DNA from: an uncultured Actinomycetes bacterium
GTDB lineage: Bacteria; Actinomycetota; Thermoleophilia; Gaiellales; Gaiellaceae
NCBI GenBank assembly: GCA_963825805.1
Contig: CAWGVE010000044.1
Coordinates: 29,131 to 93,130, forward strand
Direction: 5' to 3'
DNA length: 64,000 nucleotides
Part shown: positions 1 through 9,045 of the stretch, piece by piece
How the letters are laid out: each line of letters opens with the position of its first letter
Position numbering within the stretch: position 1 is the first letter of the stretch
Translations under genes and position numbers: made by a program
The notes under the pieces: model-generated
The model's database searches: none
Seen by the model: the letters and a program-made list of their open reading frames with translations, nothing else
Told to the model about the DNA's origin: nothing

Positions 1-769
1 GCAGGTGGCCGAGGAGAATCCCGACGCGCTCGTCCGCCTCCACGTCGACCCGCTCGAGGGCTTCCAGCCGTGGGTCGCACGGCGACTCGTCTACGGCGGC
101 GGAGTCGAGGATCCGTCGGAGCAGAAGCAGATCGCGGCAATCGTGGAGAAGCTCTACCGGGCTTTCGTCGAGTTCGACGCGATGCTGTGCGAGATCAACC
201 CGCTGATCGTCACGCCCGAGGGCGAGGTGAAGGCGCTCGACTCGAAGTTCACCGTCGACGACAGTGCGCTGCCGCGGCACCCGGACATCGCCGAGTGGCG
301 CGACCCGACCGCGGCCGATCCCATCGAGACGTTCGCGCGCGAGAAGGGCGTCACGTACGTGAAGCTCGACGGAGACGTCGGGGTGCTTGCGAACGGGGCG
401 GGGCTCGGCATGTCGACCGTCGACGTCGTGGCGCACGTCGGCGGGCGGCCGGCCAACTTCTGCGACCTCGGCGGGGGCGGCAGCGCGGAGGGCGTCGTCG
501 ATGCGCTCGAGGTGATCACGCGCGACGAGCAGGTCCGCTCGATCTTCTTCAACATCTTCGGCGGGATCACGCGCTGCGACGAGGTGGCGCGCGGGATCCT
601 CGCCGCGCTCGACCGGCTCGACATGTCGAAGTATCCGATCGTCGTCCGCCTCGACGGGACGAACGCCGAGGAGGGCCGGCAGATCCTTGCCGAGGCCGGT
701 CGCGAGAACATCCATCCCGAGGCGACGATGCTCGACGGAGCGCGGCGCGCGGTGGAGCTGGCGAAATGA
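1..769 (+). CDS. sucC: succinyl-CoA synthetase beta subunit, C-terminal part (5' end lies upstream of the window)
   Basis: ORF 5..769 is open to the window edge. Motifs NPLIVTPEGEVKALDSKF, GVLANGAGLGMSTVD and FFNIFGGITRCDEVA are typical of SucC. sucD lies downstream. Confidence 0.9.
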   Translation, partial: QVAEENPDALVRLHVDPLEGFQPWVARRLVYGGGVEDPSEQKQIAAIVEKLYRAFVEFDAMLCEINPLIVTPEGEVKALDSKFTVDDSALPRHPDIAEWRDPTAADPIETFAREKGVTYVKLDGDVGVLANGAGLGMSTVDVVAHVGGRPANFCDLGGGGSAEGVVDALEVITRDEQVRSIFFNIFGGITRCDEVARGILAALDRLDMSKYPIVVRLDGTNAEEGRQILAEAGRENIHPEATMLDGARRAVELAK

Positions 770-1413
770 CCGACCTCTGGAGCGACCGGGCGGACGCCTA
801 CCGCGAGAGCGCCACGCACGCGAGCGGCGACGACCTCGACCTCGTCGTCGCCTGGTGCGAGCCGGGTCCCGGCGTGACCGTGCTCGACGTCGCTACCGGC
901 GGCGGCCACGTGGCCAGGCGCCTGCGGGAAGCCGGCGCGCAGGTGGTCACCGTCGACGCCGCGCCGGGGATGGAGCCGGACGCGATCGCGCCGGCCGACC
1001 ACCTCCCGTTCGCCGACGCGAGCTTCGACGCCGTGGCCTGCCGGATCGCCGCGCACCACTTCCCCGACATCCTCGCCGCGCTGAAGGAGATGGCCCGCGT
1101 GGCCCGCGAGCGCGTCGTGATCTGCGACAACGTCTTCGTCAGCGAGACCTCCGAGGAGGCCGACCGGCTGCGCGATCCCAGCCACGTCCGCAACTACGGC
1201 ATCGCGGAGTGGCATAGCTTCTTCGAGCTCGCGGGGCTCCGGGTCGCGGAAGAGACGTTCATGGTGCGCGACACCGACTTCGAGGACTGGCTCGCCCGCA
1301 CGGAGACGCCGGAGGCCGACCGCGTCCGGGTGCGCGAGCTCATGCGCGACCGCGTCCACGACGGCCGGCTCGAGCTGCCGACCGTCGTCCTCAAGGGGGT
1401 GAAGGCGGGCTAG
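766..1413 (+). CDS. class I SAM-dependent methyltransferase (Methyltransf_11/UbiE-like)
   Basis: ATG 766 overlaps the sucC stop (ATGA). VLDVATGGGHVA is SAM-binding motif I, and DASFDAVACRIAAHHF is the post-I/II region. The TAG stop shares G1413 with the sucD GTG start. Confidence 0.8.
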   Translation: MTDLWSDRADAYRESATHASGDDLDLVVAWCEPGPGVTVLDVATGGGHVARRLREAGAQVVTVDAAPGMEPDAIAPADHLPFADASFDAVACRIAAHHFPDILAALKEMARVARERVVICDNVFVSETSEEADRLRDPSHVRNYGIAEWHSFFELAGLRVAEETFMVRDTDFEDWLARTETPEADRVRVRELMRDRVHDGRLELPTVVLKGVKAG

Positions 1414-2283
1414 TGGCGATCATCCTCGACAACGAGACGCGCCTCGTCGTTGCCGGCCTCACGGGCTCGGAGGGCCGCTTCCACGGCCTCCGCAACCGGG
1501 CGTACGGCACGAACGTCGTGGCCGGCGTCACGCCCGGCAAGGGCGGCCAGGACGTCGAGGGCATTCCCGTCTTCGACACGGTGGCCGAGGCCGTCGACGA
1601 GGCAGGCGCCAACACGTCGCTGATCTTCGTCCCCGCGCGCTTCGCCGTCGACGCGATCTACGAGGCCGTGGACGCCGGCGTCGCCACGGTGATCTGCATC
1701 ACCGAGCACATCCCGGCGCACGACATGCTGCGCGCGTACACGTACTTCCGCGGCCAGGGGACGACGATGATCGGCCCGAACTGCCCGGGCGTCCTCTCGC
1801 CGGGCAAGGCGAACGCCGGGATCATCCCGGCCGAGATCTTCCGCGAGGGCGGCGTCGGCCTCGTCTCGCGCTCGGGCACGCTCACCTACCAGATCGGGCA
1901 CGAGCTGACGCAGCTCGGGCTCGGCAACTCGACGATCGTCGGCATCGGGGGCGACCCGGTCGTCGGCTCCTCCTTCGTCGACGTGGTCGGCGAAGTTCGA
2001 GGCGGACGAGCAGACGGAGCTGATCGTGCTGGTCGGCGAGATCGGCGGCGACGAGGAGGAGAAAGCCGCCGCCTACGTCGCCGAGCACGTGACGAAGCCG
2101 GTGCTCGCCTACATCGCCGGCTTCTCGGCGCCGCCCGGCAAGACGATGGGCCACGCGGGCGCGATCATCTCCGGCTCCTCCGGGACGGCGCAGGGGAAGA
2201 AGGAGGCGCTCGAGGCACGCGGGATCGAGGTCGGCACGACGCCGACCGAGGTCGCGCAGATGGTGGCCGAGCGGATGAAGTAA
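1413..2283 (+). CDS. sucD: succinyl-CoA synthetase alpha subunit, split by an apparent frameshift near 1989-1995
   Basis: The N-terminal ~190 aa ([29 protein letters not shown]) read in the frame of 1413. The C-terminal part ([23 protein letters not shown] ... GHAGAIISG) reads in the frame of ORF 2026..2283. Confidence 0.85.
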
Positions 2284-2295
2284 TAGCCTCGCGGT

Positions 2296-5200
2296 GTGAT
2301 CGCCTGCGCCGCGTGTGGCCACGAAGTCCCCGAGTCCGCGAAGTTCTGCCCCGAGTGTGGCGCGCCTGTGGCGCCCGCGGCGGCGCCGCGCGAGCAGCGG
2401 AAGACGGTCACGATCCTCTTCTGCGACGTCGCCGGCTCGACCGAGCTCGGGGAGTCGACCGATCCCGAGGCTCTGCGTGCGCTGCTCGCCCGGTACTTCG
2501 AGCGGATGAAGGAGATCGTCGAGCGTCACGGCGGCAGCGTCGAGAAGTTCGTCGGCGACGCGGTAATGGCCGTCTTCGGCGTCCCGGTGGTGCACGAGGA
2601 CGACGCACTTCGCGCGTGCCGCGCGGCGACCGAGATGCGTGACGCGCTGCCGGAGCTCGGGATCCGCGCTCGCATCGGCCTCAACACGGGCGAGGTCGTG
2701 ACGGGCACCGAGGAGCGGCTGGCGACGGGCGACGCCGTCAACGTCGCCGCGCGGCTCGAGCAGGCCGCCGAGCCCGGCGAGGTGCTGATCGGAGACGGGA
2801 CCGCACGGCTGGTGCGTGACGCGGTCGAGATCGGGGAGAAGCGGCAACTCGAGCTGAAGGGGAAGTCGGAACCGGTCGACGCCTATCCGCTGCTCGCCGT
2901 CGTCGGCGAGACCTCCCGCCGCTCCGACGTCCCGATCGTGGGTCGGGAGCGCGAGCGGCGCGCGCTCGACGACGCGTGGGAGCGAGTTCGCTCGGAGCGT
3001 TCCTGCCACCTCTTCACCGTTCTCGGCGCCGCGGGCGTCGGCAAGTCGCGTCTCATCGCCGAGTTCGTCGCCTCGCTCGACGACGTGCCCGTCGTGCGCG
3101 GGCGCTGCCTCTCCTATGGCGAAGGGATCACGTACTGGCCGCTGGTCGAGGTCGTGCTCCAGCTCGGCCGGCGCCCGTCAGACTCGCGGGCGGCCACGGC
3201 GATCGCCTCGCTGCTCGGCGAGTCGGACGCATCTGCGACCGCAGACGAGATCGCCTGGGCGTTCCGGAAGCTGCTCGAGGAGTCGGCGCCCGTGGTCTGC
3301 GTCTTCGACGACCTGCACTGGGCGGAGCCGACCTTCCTCGATCTCGTCGACCACGTCGCCGACTGGAGCCGCGACGCGCCGATCCTGCTCGTCTGCATCG
3401 CCCGGCCGGAGCTGCTCGACCGCCGGCCGATGTGGGCCGGCGGCAAGCTCAACGCGACCACGGTGCTGCTCGAGCCGCTGACGGCCGCGGAGACGGACGA
3501 GCTGATCGAGCGCCTGCTCGGCGAGACGGATCTCGACGACGCGCTTCGCGCGCGGATCCGCGACGCGGCCGAGGGCAACCCACTCTTCGTCGAGCAGATG
3601 CTCGTGATGGTCGAGGAGTCCCCGAACGGTGACGTAGTCGTCCCGCCGACGATCCAGGCGCTGCTCGCGGCGCGCCTCGACCAGCTCGACGTCGCAGAGC
3701 GTGGAGTCCTCGAGCGCGGCTCGGTCGAGGGGAAGATCTTCCACCGCGGCGGCGTCGAGGCGCTGGCGCCCGACGAGCGCGACGTGCCCACGAAGCTCAT
3801 GGCGCTCGTGCGGAAGGAGCTCGTGCGTCCCGATCGGACTCAGCTCGAAGGGGACGACGCCTTCCGCTTCCGGCATCTCCTGATCCGCGACGCCGCCTAC
3901 GACGGGCTGCCGAAGGCGATCCGAGCCGAGCTGCACGAGCGCTTCGCCGAGTGGCTCGGTGCGCGTGACAGCGACCTGATCGAGTCCGATGAGATTGTCG
4001 GCTACCACCTCGAGCAGGCGCACCGCTATCGGATGGAGCTCGGGCTTGGCGGCGGCGATGCCGAGAAGCTGGCCGTGCGGGCGGCAGAGCGGCTGGCGGC
4101 CGCGGGGGAGCGGGCTGCCCTGCGGCAGGACTCCGCGGCCTCGGTCGCGCTCTACGAGCGGTCGGTTGCCCTCGCCCCGGACGATCAGCCGGCCTTCGAG
4201 AGTCGTCTGAGGTTGATCCGCGTGCGCATGGATGCCGGCGACATCGCGGGCGCACGACGCGAGGCAGACACGTTGATCGAGCGCACGCAGCAGGACGGCG
4301 ACGGTCCGCGCCACCTGCGTGCTCGGCTCGCGCGGGCAAACGTCGCTTACAACTCGGAGAAGATGTCCAGCGAGGAGTTCCGGCCGCTGGTCGAGGAGTC
4401 GCTGGAGGTGTTCACGGCCCTGGGCGACGATGCCGGCCTCACCGACGCCTGGTGGGCGGCGACGCTGGTCGACCATGGCGCTCTCCGCTGGGGCGGTGCC
4501 ATGCTCGCGCTGGAGCGGATGCTCGAGCACGCCGAGCGGATCGGCGATCGTCTCCGTGTCAGCGAAGCGCGGGCGATTCTGCCGGCGGCGTACATGTACG
4601 GCCCGTGTCCGGTCGACGAGGCCGCTGCGTGGTGCGACGCCCATCCCTCCGAGCATCCCTTCTTCCCCGCCATATGCGGTCAGCTCGAAGCGATGCGCGG
4701 GAATTTCGTCAAGGCACGGGAGCTGTGTCGCCTCGCTCGCGAACGGACAAGCGAGCGTGGCCAGCTCCTCCTGGCCGCGGAAGTGGCGATGCAAGAGGCG
4801 GAGGTCGAGCTCTACGCGGGTGATGCGCAGCGCGCAAGCGAGGTCGCGCTCGACGGGGTCGAGGAGCTCGGGCGTCTGGGCGAGAAGGGTTGGCTCTCGA
4901 CGGTGGCCGGGCACGGAGCCGAGGCGCTGTACCGTCTGGGCCGCGACGAGGAAGCGTGGGGGCTGACGGAGACGGCCGACGAGGCCGGAGCCGCCGGCGA
5001 TGTGATCACGCAGATGCTGATCCTCCAGGTGCGCGCAAAGATCCTTGCCCGCCGCGGCGAGCATGCCGAGGCCGAACGGCTCGCACGCGAGGCGGTCGCC
5101 TGGGCCGAGCCGACCGACGCGCTCGACCACAAGGCGTCTGCCTACCGCGACCTCGCGATCGTCCTCGGAGCGGCGGGCAAGCGAGACGAGTCACTTGACG

Positions 5201-5304
5201 CGCTTGCCAAGGCTCGAGAGCTCTACGAGCTGAAAGGGCACACCGCGGGTGTCGCCCGGATCGAGGAGATGCGCGCCGAGCTGGTCGCTAATCTCGAGGC
5301 ATGA
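2296..5304 (+). CDS. multidomain signalling protein: N-terminal zinc ribbon, class III adenylate/guanylate cyclase domain, AAA/STAND ATPase, C-terminal TPR-like helical repeats
   Basis: CAACGHEVPESAKFCPECG is a zinc ribbon. TILFCDVAGSTEL...FVGDAVMAVFG...GLNTGEVV is a cyclase domain. VLGAAGVGKSRL is a Walker A motif. A long helical repeat tail follows. The ORF is a single clean 1002 aa. Confidence 0.85.
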   Translation: MIACAACGHEVPESAKFCPECGAPVAPAAAPREQRKTVTILFCDVAGSTELGESTDPEALRALLARYFERMKEIVERHGGSVEKFVGDAVMAVFGVPVVHEDDALRACRAATEMRDALPELGIRARIGLNTGEVVTGTEERLATGDAVNVAARLEQAAEPGEVLIGDGTARLVRDAVEIGEKRQLELKGKSEPVDAYPLLAVVGETSRRSDVPIVGRERERRALDDAWERVRSERSCHLFTVLGAAGVGKSRLIAEFVASLDDVPVVRGRCLSYGEGITYWPLVEVVLQLGRRPSDSRAATAIASLLGESDASATADEIAWAFRKLLEESAPVVCVFDDLHWAEPTFLDLVDHVADWSRDAPILLVCIARPELLDRRPMWAGGKLNATTVLLEPLTAAETDELIERLLGETDLDDALRARIRDAAEGNPLFVEQMLVMVEESPNGDVVVPPTIQALLAARLDQLDVAERGVLERGSVEGKIFHRGGVEALAPDERDVPTKLMALVRKELVRPDRTQLEGDDAFRFRHLLIRDAAYDGLPKAIRAELHERFAEWLGARDSDLIESDEIVGYHLEQAHRYRMELGLGGGDAEKLAVRAAERLAAAGERAALRQDSAASVALYERSVALAPDDQPAFESRLRLIRVRMDAGDIAGARREADTLIERTQQDGDGPRHLRARLARANVAYNSEKMSSEEFRPLVEESLEVFTALGDDAGLTDAWWAATLVDHGALRWGGAMLALERMLEHAERIGDRLRVSEARAILPAAYMYGPCPVDEAAAWCDAHPSEHPFFPAICGQLEAMRGNFVKARELCRLARERTSERGQLLLAAEVAMQEAEVELYAGDAQRASEVALDGVEELGRLGEKGWLSTVAGHGAEALYRLGRDEEAWGLTETADEAGAAGDVITQMLILQVRAKILARRGEHAEAERLAREAVAWAEPTDALDHKASAYRDLAIVLGAAGKRDESLDALAKARELYELKGHTAGVARIEEMRAELVANLEA

Positions 5305-6384
5305 TCTCGTTCGCCCGCGGTGTCCCTGCGCCCGAGTGCCTCGCCGTAGATGAGCTCGCGGAGTGCGCCCGCGCGGCCCTCGAGCGCGACGGTCGCACGA
5401 TCCTCAGCTACGGCCCCGGCGGCGGCTACGGCCCGCTGCGCGAGTGGCTCGCCGAGCGGCACGGAGTCGAGCCCGGCCGCGTCGTGATCACGAGCGGCTC
5501 GCTGCAGGGCTTCGTCTTTCTCGCCGAGCAGCTCGTGTCGCCGGGCACCCGCGTCCTCGTCGAGGCGCCGACGTACGACCGGCCGCTCAAGATCCTCTCG
5601 CGGCTCGGCGCCGAGATCGTGACCGTGCCGATGGACGAAGACGGGCTGATGCCCGACGAGCTGCCGGAGGGCGAGTTCGCCTTCCTCTACACGATCCCGA
5701 CCTTCCAGAACCCGAGCGGGCGCACGCTCTCTGTCGAGCGGCGCCGCAGGCTGGCCGAGCTCGCCCGCGAGCGTGAGCTGCTCGTCCTCGAGGACGATCC
5801 CTACGGGCTCGTCCGCTACGACGGCGAGCCGCTCCCGAGCGTGTTCGAGCTCGCGGACGGTGACCAGATCGCGTATTGCTCCTCGTTCTCGAAAACGGTC
5901 GCGCCCGGCCTGCGCGTGGGCTGGTTCGTGCTGCCGCCGCAGCTCGCGCAGGAGATCGAGGCGTTCGCCGTCTCCACCTACATCTCGCCGCCCTACCTCT
6001 CAGCAGGCGACGGTGCTCGAGTTCGCCCGCCGCGGCAGCTTCGAGCCGAACCTCGAGCGCGTGAACGGCCTCCTGCGCGAGCGCCGCGACGCGATGCTCG
6101 AGGCGCTGGAGCGGGAGATGCCGGAGGACGCAAGCTGGACGCGGCCCGAGGGCGGCTACTTCGTCTGGCTCGATCTCCCGTCGGGGCCGCCGGCCGCGGA
6201 GCTTCTGGCCCAGGCGGAGGGGACGGGGGTCACGTTCGTCAAGGGCAGCGACTTCTTCCCCGGTGGTCGCGGGGGCGAGCGGTCGCTGCGCCTCGCCTTC
6301 AGCTTCGTCTCGCCGGACGAGATCGCCGAGGGCGTCTCAGTGCTCGGGGGTCTCGTTCGAGCGGCGGCGCCGGCGGCGCTCTAG
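5301..6384 (+). CDS. PLP-dependent aminotransferase (class I/II fold), split by an apparent frameshift near 5990-6003
   Basis: ATG 5301 overlaps the upstream stop (ATGA). YTIPTFQNPSG and SSFSKTVAPGLRVGW (PLP-lysine region) read in the first frame. SQQATVLEFARRGSFEPNLERV...GGYFVWLDLP reads in the frame of ORF 5773..6384. Confidence 0.8.
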
Positions 6385-6624
6385 CTGCCCGAGCAGGATC
6401 CCGCCGAGCAGGCCGACACCGAGCGCGACCAGGATCAGCCACACGAGCGACACCTGTGCGCTCGCGAGCACGAAGTGGACGTGCACCTGCTTCCGGTTCT
6501 CGAGCACGAACCCGATGGCGTAGGCGACGAGCAGCCCGAGCACGATCAGGCGCAGGTAGAGCCGCGGCTGCCAGCGGTCGGCAACCTCGCCGGTGTCGAT
6601 GCGTGGGCGGCGCAGGAAGCGCAC
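6337..6624 (-). CDS. small membrane protein with a LapA/DUF1049-like domain
   Basis: 95-aa ORF with two hydrophobic helices flanking ENRKQVHVHF and an arginine-rich tail. Third codon positions are G/C-rich. Its 3' end overlaps the convergent aminotransferase by 48 nt. Confidence 0.6.
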   Translation of the reverse strand: MRFLRRPRIDTGEVADRWQPRLYLRLIVLGLLVAYAIGFVLENRKQVHVHFVLASAQVSLVWLILVALGVGLLGGILLGQLERRRRRRSNETPEH

Positions 6625-6952
6625 GCCTGAATCCTAAGGCTAGGCCGCCGCGGTGACGGCGAGTGCTCTGGGCACGAGCCTCGGCTGGGGAGGCGGGGCG
6701 AGCCGCCCGACCGCCTGGGCACGGAAGGTCGGGCAGATCGCCTCGCCGGGGAGGGCACAGAGGCCTGCGCGGCGGAAATAGCAGTCAGCGCAGGTTGGGG
6801 TGGAACGTTTGCTCAAGGTCCTCTTTGCTCTAGGAAGGCTGGGCCGCTCTTCGAGGTGCGATCATAGGGGCAGTACGCCCGGAAGCCAAGCGTTGTCGCC
6901 GACGAAAACTGACGAATTTCCGGCAGTTTCGAGCGGCGGAAAACGATGCTTC

Positions 6953-7942
6953 TTACTGGGCTCGCGGCAACGTTGCCAGGGCGTGCAACGCTTGCGAGAA
7001 AGTGCGCACCGGGATGATGCGCAGCGGCCCGGCGTAGCGGCGCGCTTCCTTCGCGTTGTCGCCCGCCGGGACGAGGAAGACGTCGGCTCCCGCCTCCCGC
7101 ACTCCGTACGTCTTCTGCTTCACGCCGCCGATGGGTGCCACGCGGCCGTCGAGCTCCATCTCTCCGGTCGCCGCCACCCGGTGACCGTGGAGGACGTTGC
7201 GCCCGAGCTTCTGCATCACCTCGAGCGCGAACGCTAGGCCGGCGGAGGGGCCGCCTATACCGGTCGCGTCGATCCTGACGTGGATCGGCAGCTTGATCCG
7301 GGCCGCCTGGTCGACGCCGATGCCGATGAAGGCGCGCCCCGGCTCCGAGGAGTCGCCGACGGTGCGGAGCCGCACGGGCAGCAGCTTGTTGCCGCGGCGT
7401 ACGCGCAAGTTGACGGAGTCGCCCGGCTTCACGCCTCCAAGAGCGTTGTGGAGGCTCGCGACCGTCGGCGTCGGCTTCCCGTCGGCGCTGACGATCACGT
7501 CCATCGGCTGGAGCTTGCAGGGAGCGTTCGTCCCCTCGAAGAGCTGCGAGACAACCACTCCCACCGGGTGGACGCCGACGTGGTAGCCGAGATGTCGCAG
7601 CGCGACGGCGGCCGCGATCTGCTGCGAGACGGTCATCGCCTGCAACTCGGCCTCCTCGGCCTGCGTCGCCGTCGAGCACGGAGGCACGATCGCGCCGGCA
7701 GGCTCGAGCGAGCCGTGGGGGTGGATCCACGGCAGGAGGCGCTCGAGCTCGGTCGCGCGCCGCTCTACGACGTCGACGAAGTAGAGCGCGCCTCCCGCGG
7801 CCGGGTGCGGGCTCTGGACCTGCACGAGCGGCGCGACCGGATGCGCGACATCGGGGAGCAGGAGGTACTCGCCCGAGGGGATGCTCCACAGGATCAGGCC
7901 CGTGGCGAGCGCGAGGACGACGACGCCGCCGATGACGCGCAA
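6953..7942 (-). CDS. membrane-anchored PDZ domain / Lon-like S16 peptidase domain protein (YlbL/SdrC-like); start uncertain
   Basis: This is the C-terminal ~330 aa of the fused track ORF 6953..8704. It has an N-terminal TM (VIGGVVVLALATGLILW), a PDZ region (VIVSADGKPTPTV...GDSVNLRVRR) and a Lon C-terminal motif (GIGGPSAGLAFALE ... ATGEMELDGRVAPIGGVKQK). TTG 7942 is the first plausible start after the SDR stop. Confidence 0.8.
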   Translation of the reverse strand: MRVIGGVVVLALATGLILWSIPSGEYLLLPDVAHPVAPLVQVQSPHPAAGGALYFVDVVERRATELERLLPWIHPHGSLEPAGAIVPPCSTATQAEEAELQAMTVSQQIAAAVALRHLGYHVGVHPVGVVVSQLFEGTNAPCKLQPMDVIVSADGKPTPTVASLHNALGGVKPGDSVNLRVRRGNKLLPVRLRTVGDSSEPGRAFIGIGVDQAARIKLPIHVRIDATGIGGPSAGLAFALEVMQKLGRNVLHGHRVAATGEMELDGRVAPIGGVKQKTYGVREAGADVFLVPAGDNAKEARRYAGPLRIIPVRTFSQALHALATLPRAQ

Positions 7943-7959
7943 GGGTGTGAGGTGGCGTC

Positions 7960-8704
7960 TCAGAACAGGAACCGTTTCATGCCGCCGTCGACCACGACGG
8001 TCTGGCCGGTCACGTACCGGGCGCGGTCCGAGGCGAGGAAGCAGACGACGTCGCCGAGCTCGCGCGGCGTGCCCCAACGCCGCAGGGCGATCTCGTGCAG
8101 CTGCTCCTCGCTCGGGCCCTCGGGGTAGAGCTCGTCGAGCCGCGCCGTGGCGATCCGGCCGGGCGCGACGCAGTTGACCGTGATGCCCTTCGGCCCGACC
8201 TCGCGGCTGAGCGTCTTCAGCCAGCCGGCGAGGGCCGGCCGGAACGTGTTCGAGAGGGCCAGGTGGGTCGTCGGCTCCTGCGCCGCGAGCGAGCTGATGG
8301 CGAGGATCCTCCCTGCCGGGCTCCGCTCGAGCTGCGGCAGGCAGAGGCGGACGAGCGTCACCGCTCCGCGGACCAGCAGCCGGTAGGCGGAGTCGAGCGA
8401 GCCCTCGTCGGCGTCCAGTGCGGTTCCCGGCGGCGGGCCGCCGCCGTTCCAGACGAGGACGTCGAGGCCGCCGAAGCGCTCGACCGCGGTCGGCGACCGC
8501 CCGCTCGAGATCGCCGTCGCTCGTCACGTCGCCGACGACCGCGACGCCGCCGAGCCGCTCGGCATGCGCCTCGAGCTGCTCCGCGCGCCGCGCGAAGAGG
8601 ACGACGTTCGCGCCCTCCTCGGCCAGCGCCTCGGCACTTGCGAGCCCGAGGCCCGACGAGGCGCCGCAGACGAGCGCCGTGCGGCCGCTCAGGCCGAGAT
8701 CCAT
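7960..8704 (-). CDS. short-chain dehydrogenase/reductase (SDR), split by an apparent frameshift near 8488-8497
   Basis: The N-terminus has TALVCGASSGLGLA (TGxxxGxG). After the frame break the sequence continues TAVERFGGLDVLVWNGGGPP...ISSLAA...NCVAPGRI...YVTGQTVVVDGG. Confidence 0.8.
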
Positions 8705-9045
8705 GACTCCGGCAACTCTCCGGAGCTGGCGACGACCCGGGTCGTCATGCCGCCGCGCGCGGCGAACTCGCCTTCGACCTCGACGAAGCGCGGCGCACCG
8801 GCCTCGACGAGCTGCTCGAGCACCTCGTTCACGACCTCCTCCTGAAAGATCTTGCGCTCGCGGAACGAGGTCAGGTAGTCGCGCAGCGACTTGAGCTCGT
8901 AGAGCTTCGCGTCCGGGACGTAGCGAATCGTCAGCTCGCCGAAGTCGGGCGCCTCGGTGAGCGGGCAGATCGAGGTGAATTCCGGCGCGCCGAGCTCGAC
9001 GAGGTAGTCGCGCCCGTGGAACCGGTTCTCAATCGTCTCGATCAC
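8689..9045 (-). CDS. queF: NADPH-dependent 7-cyano-7-deazaguanine (preQ0) reductase, type I
   Basis: GTG 9045 shares one base with the mdh stop. FTSICPLTEAPDFGELTIRYVP, ELKSLRDYLTSFR and GEFAARGGM match the QueF signature (catalytic Cys and the E(S/L)K(S/A)hK motif). Confidence 0.85.
   Translation of the reverse strand: MIETIENRFHGRDYLVELGAPEFTSICPLTEAPDFGELTIRYVPDAKLYELKSLRDYLTSFRERKIFQEEVVNEVLEQLVEAGAPRFVEVEGEFAARGGMTTRVVASSGELPESWISA

Noticed and set aside
3178-5130. 650-aa ORF antisense to the cyclase/STAND gene (similar cases: 154..1359, 1882..3009, 6813..7889, 41781..43997, 55917..57539, 32675..34306)
   Set aside because: Same reason as above. The composition is that of an antisense or out-of-frame reading of a G/C-third-position gene, with no recognisable domains and complete overlap with well-supported genes.
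6721-6735. GGAAGGTCGGGC resembling the RNase P RNA P4 motif GGAAAGTCCGGGC
   Set aside because: There are two mismatches in an invariant motif. None of the other RNase P conserved blocks is present, and the gap is too short for a ~400-nt RNA.
6895-6915. GCCGACGAAAAC string reminiscent of a tmRNA tag-coding region (ANDEN...)
   Set aside because: It is followed at once by TGA. There is no tRNA-like acceptor/T-arm (GGTTCGAATCC...CCA) nearby, and a tmRNA would have to overlap the PDZ/Lon-like CDS.
6953-8704. 583-aa ORF suggesting an SDR-PDZ-Lon fusion protein
   Set aside because: The middle third is R/P/A-rich shadow sequence. The SDR continues in another frame (ORF 7960..8361) and ends at 7960, and the PDZ/Lon-like protein starts afterwards. 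The fusion is an artefact of the SDR frameshift.
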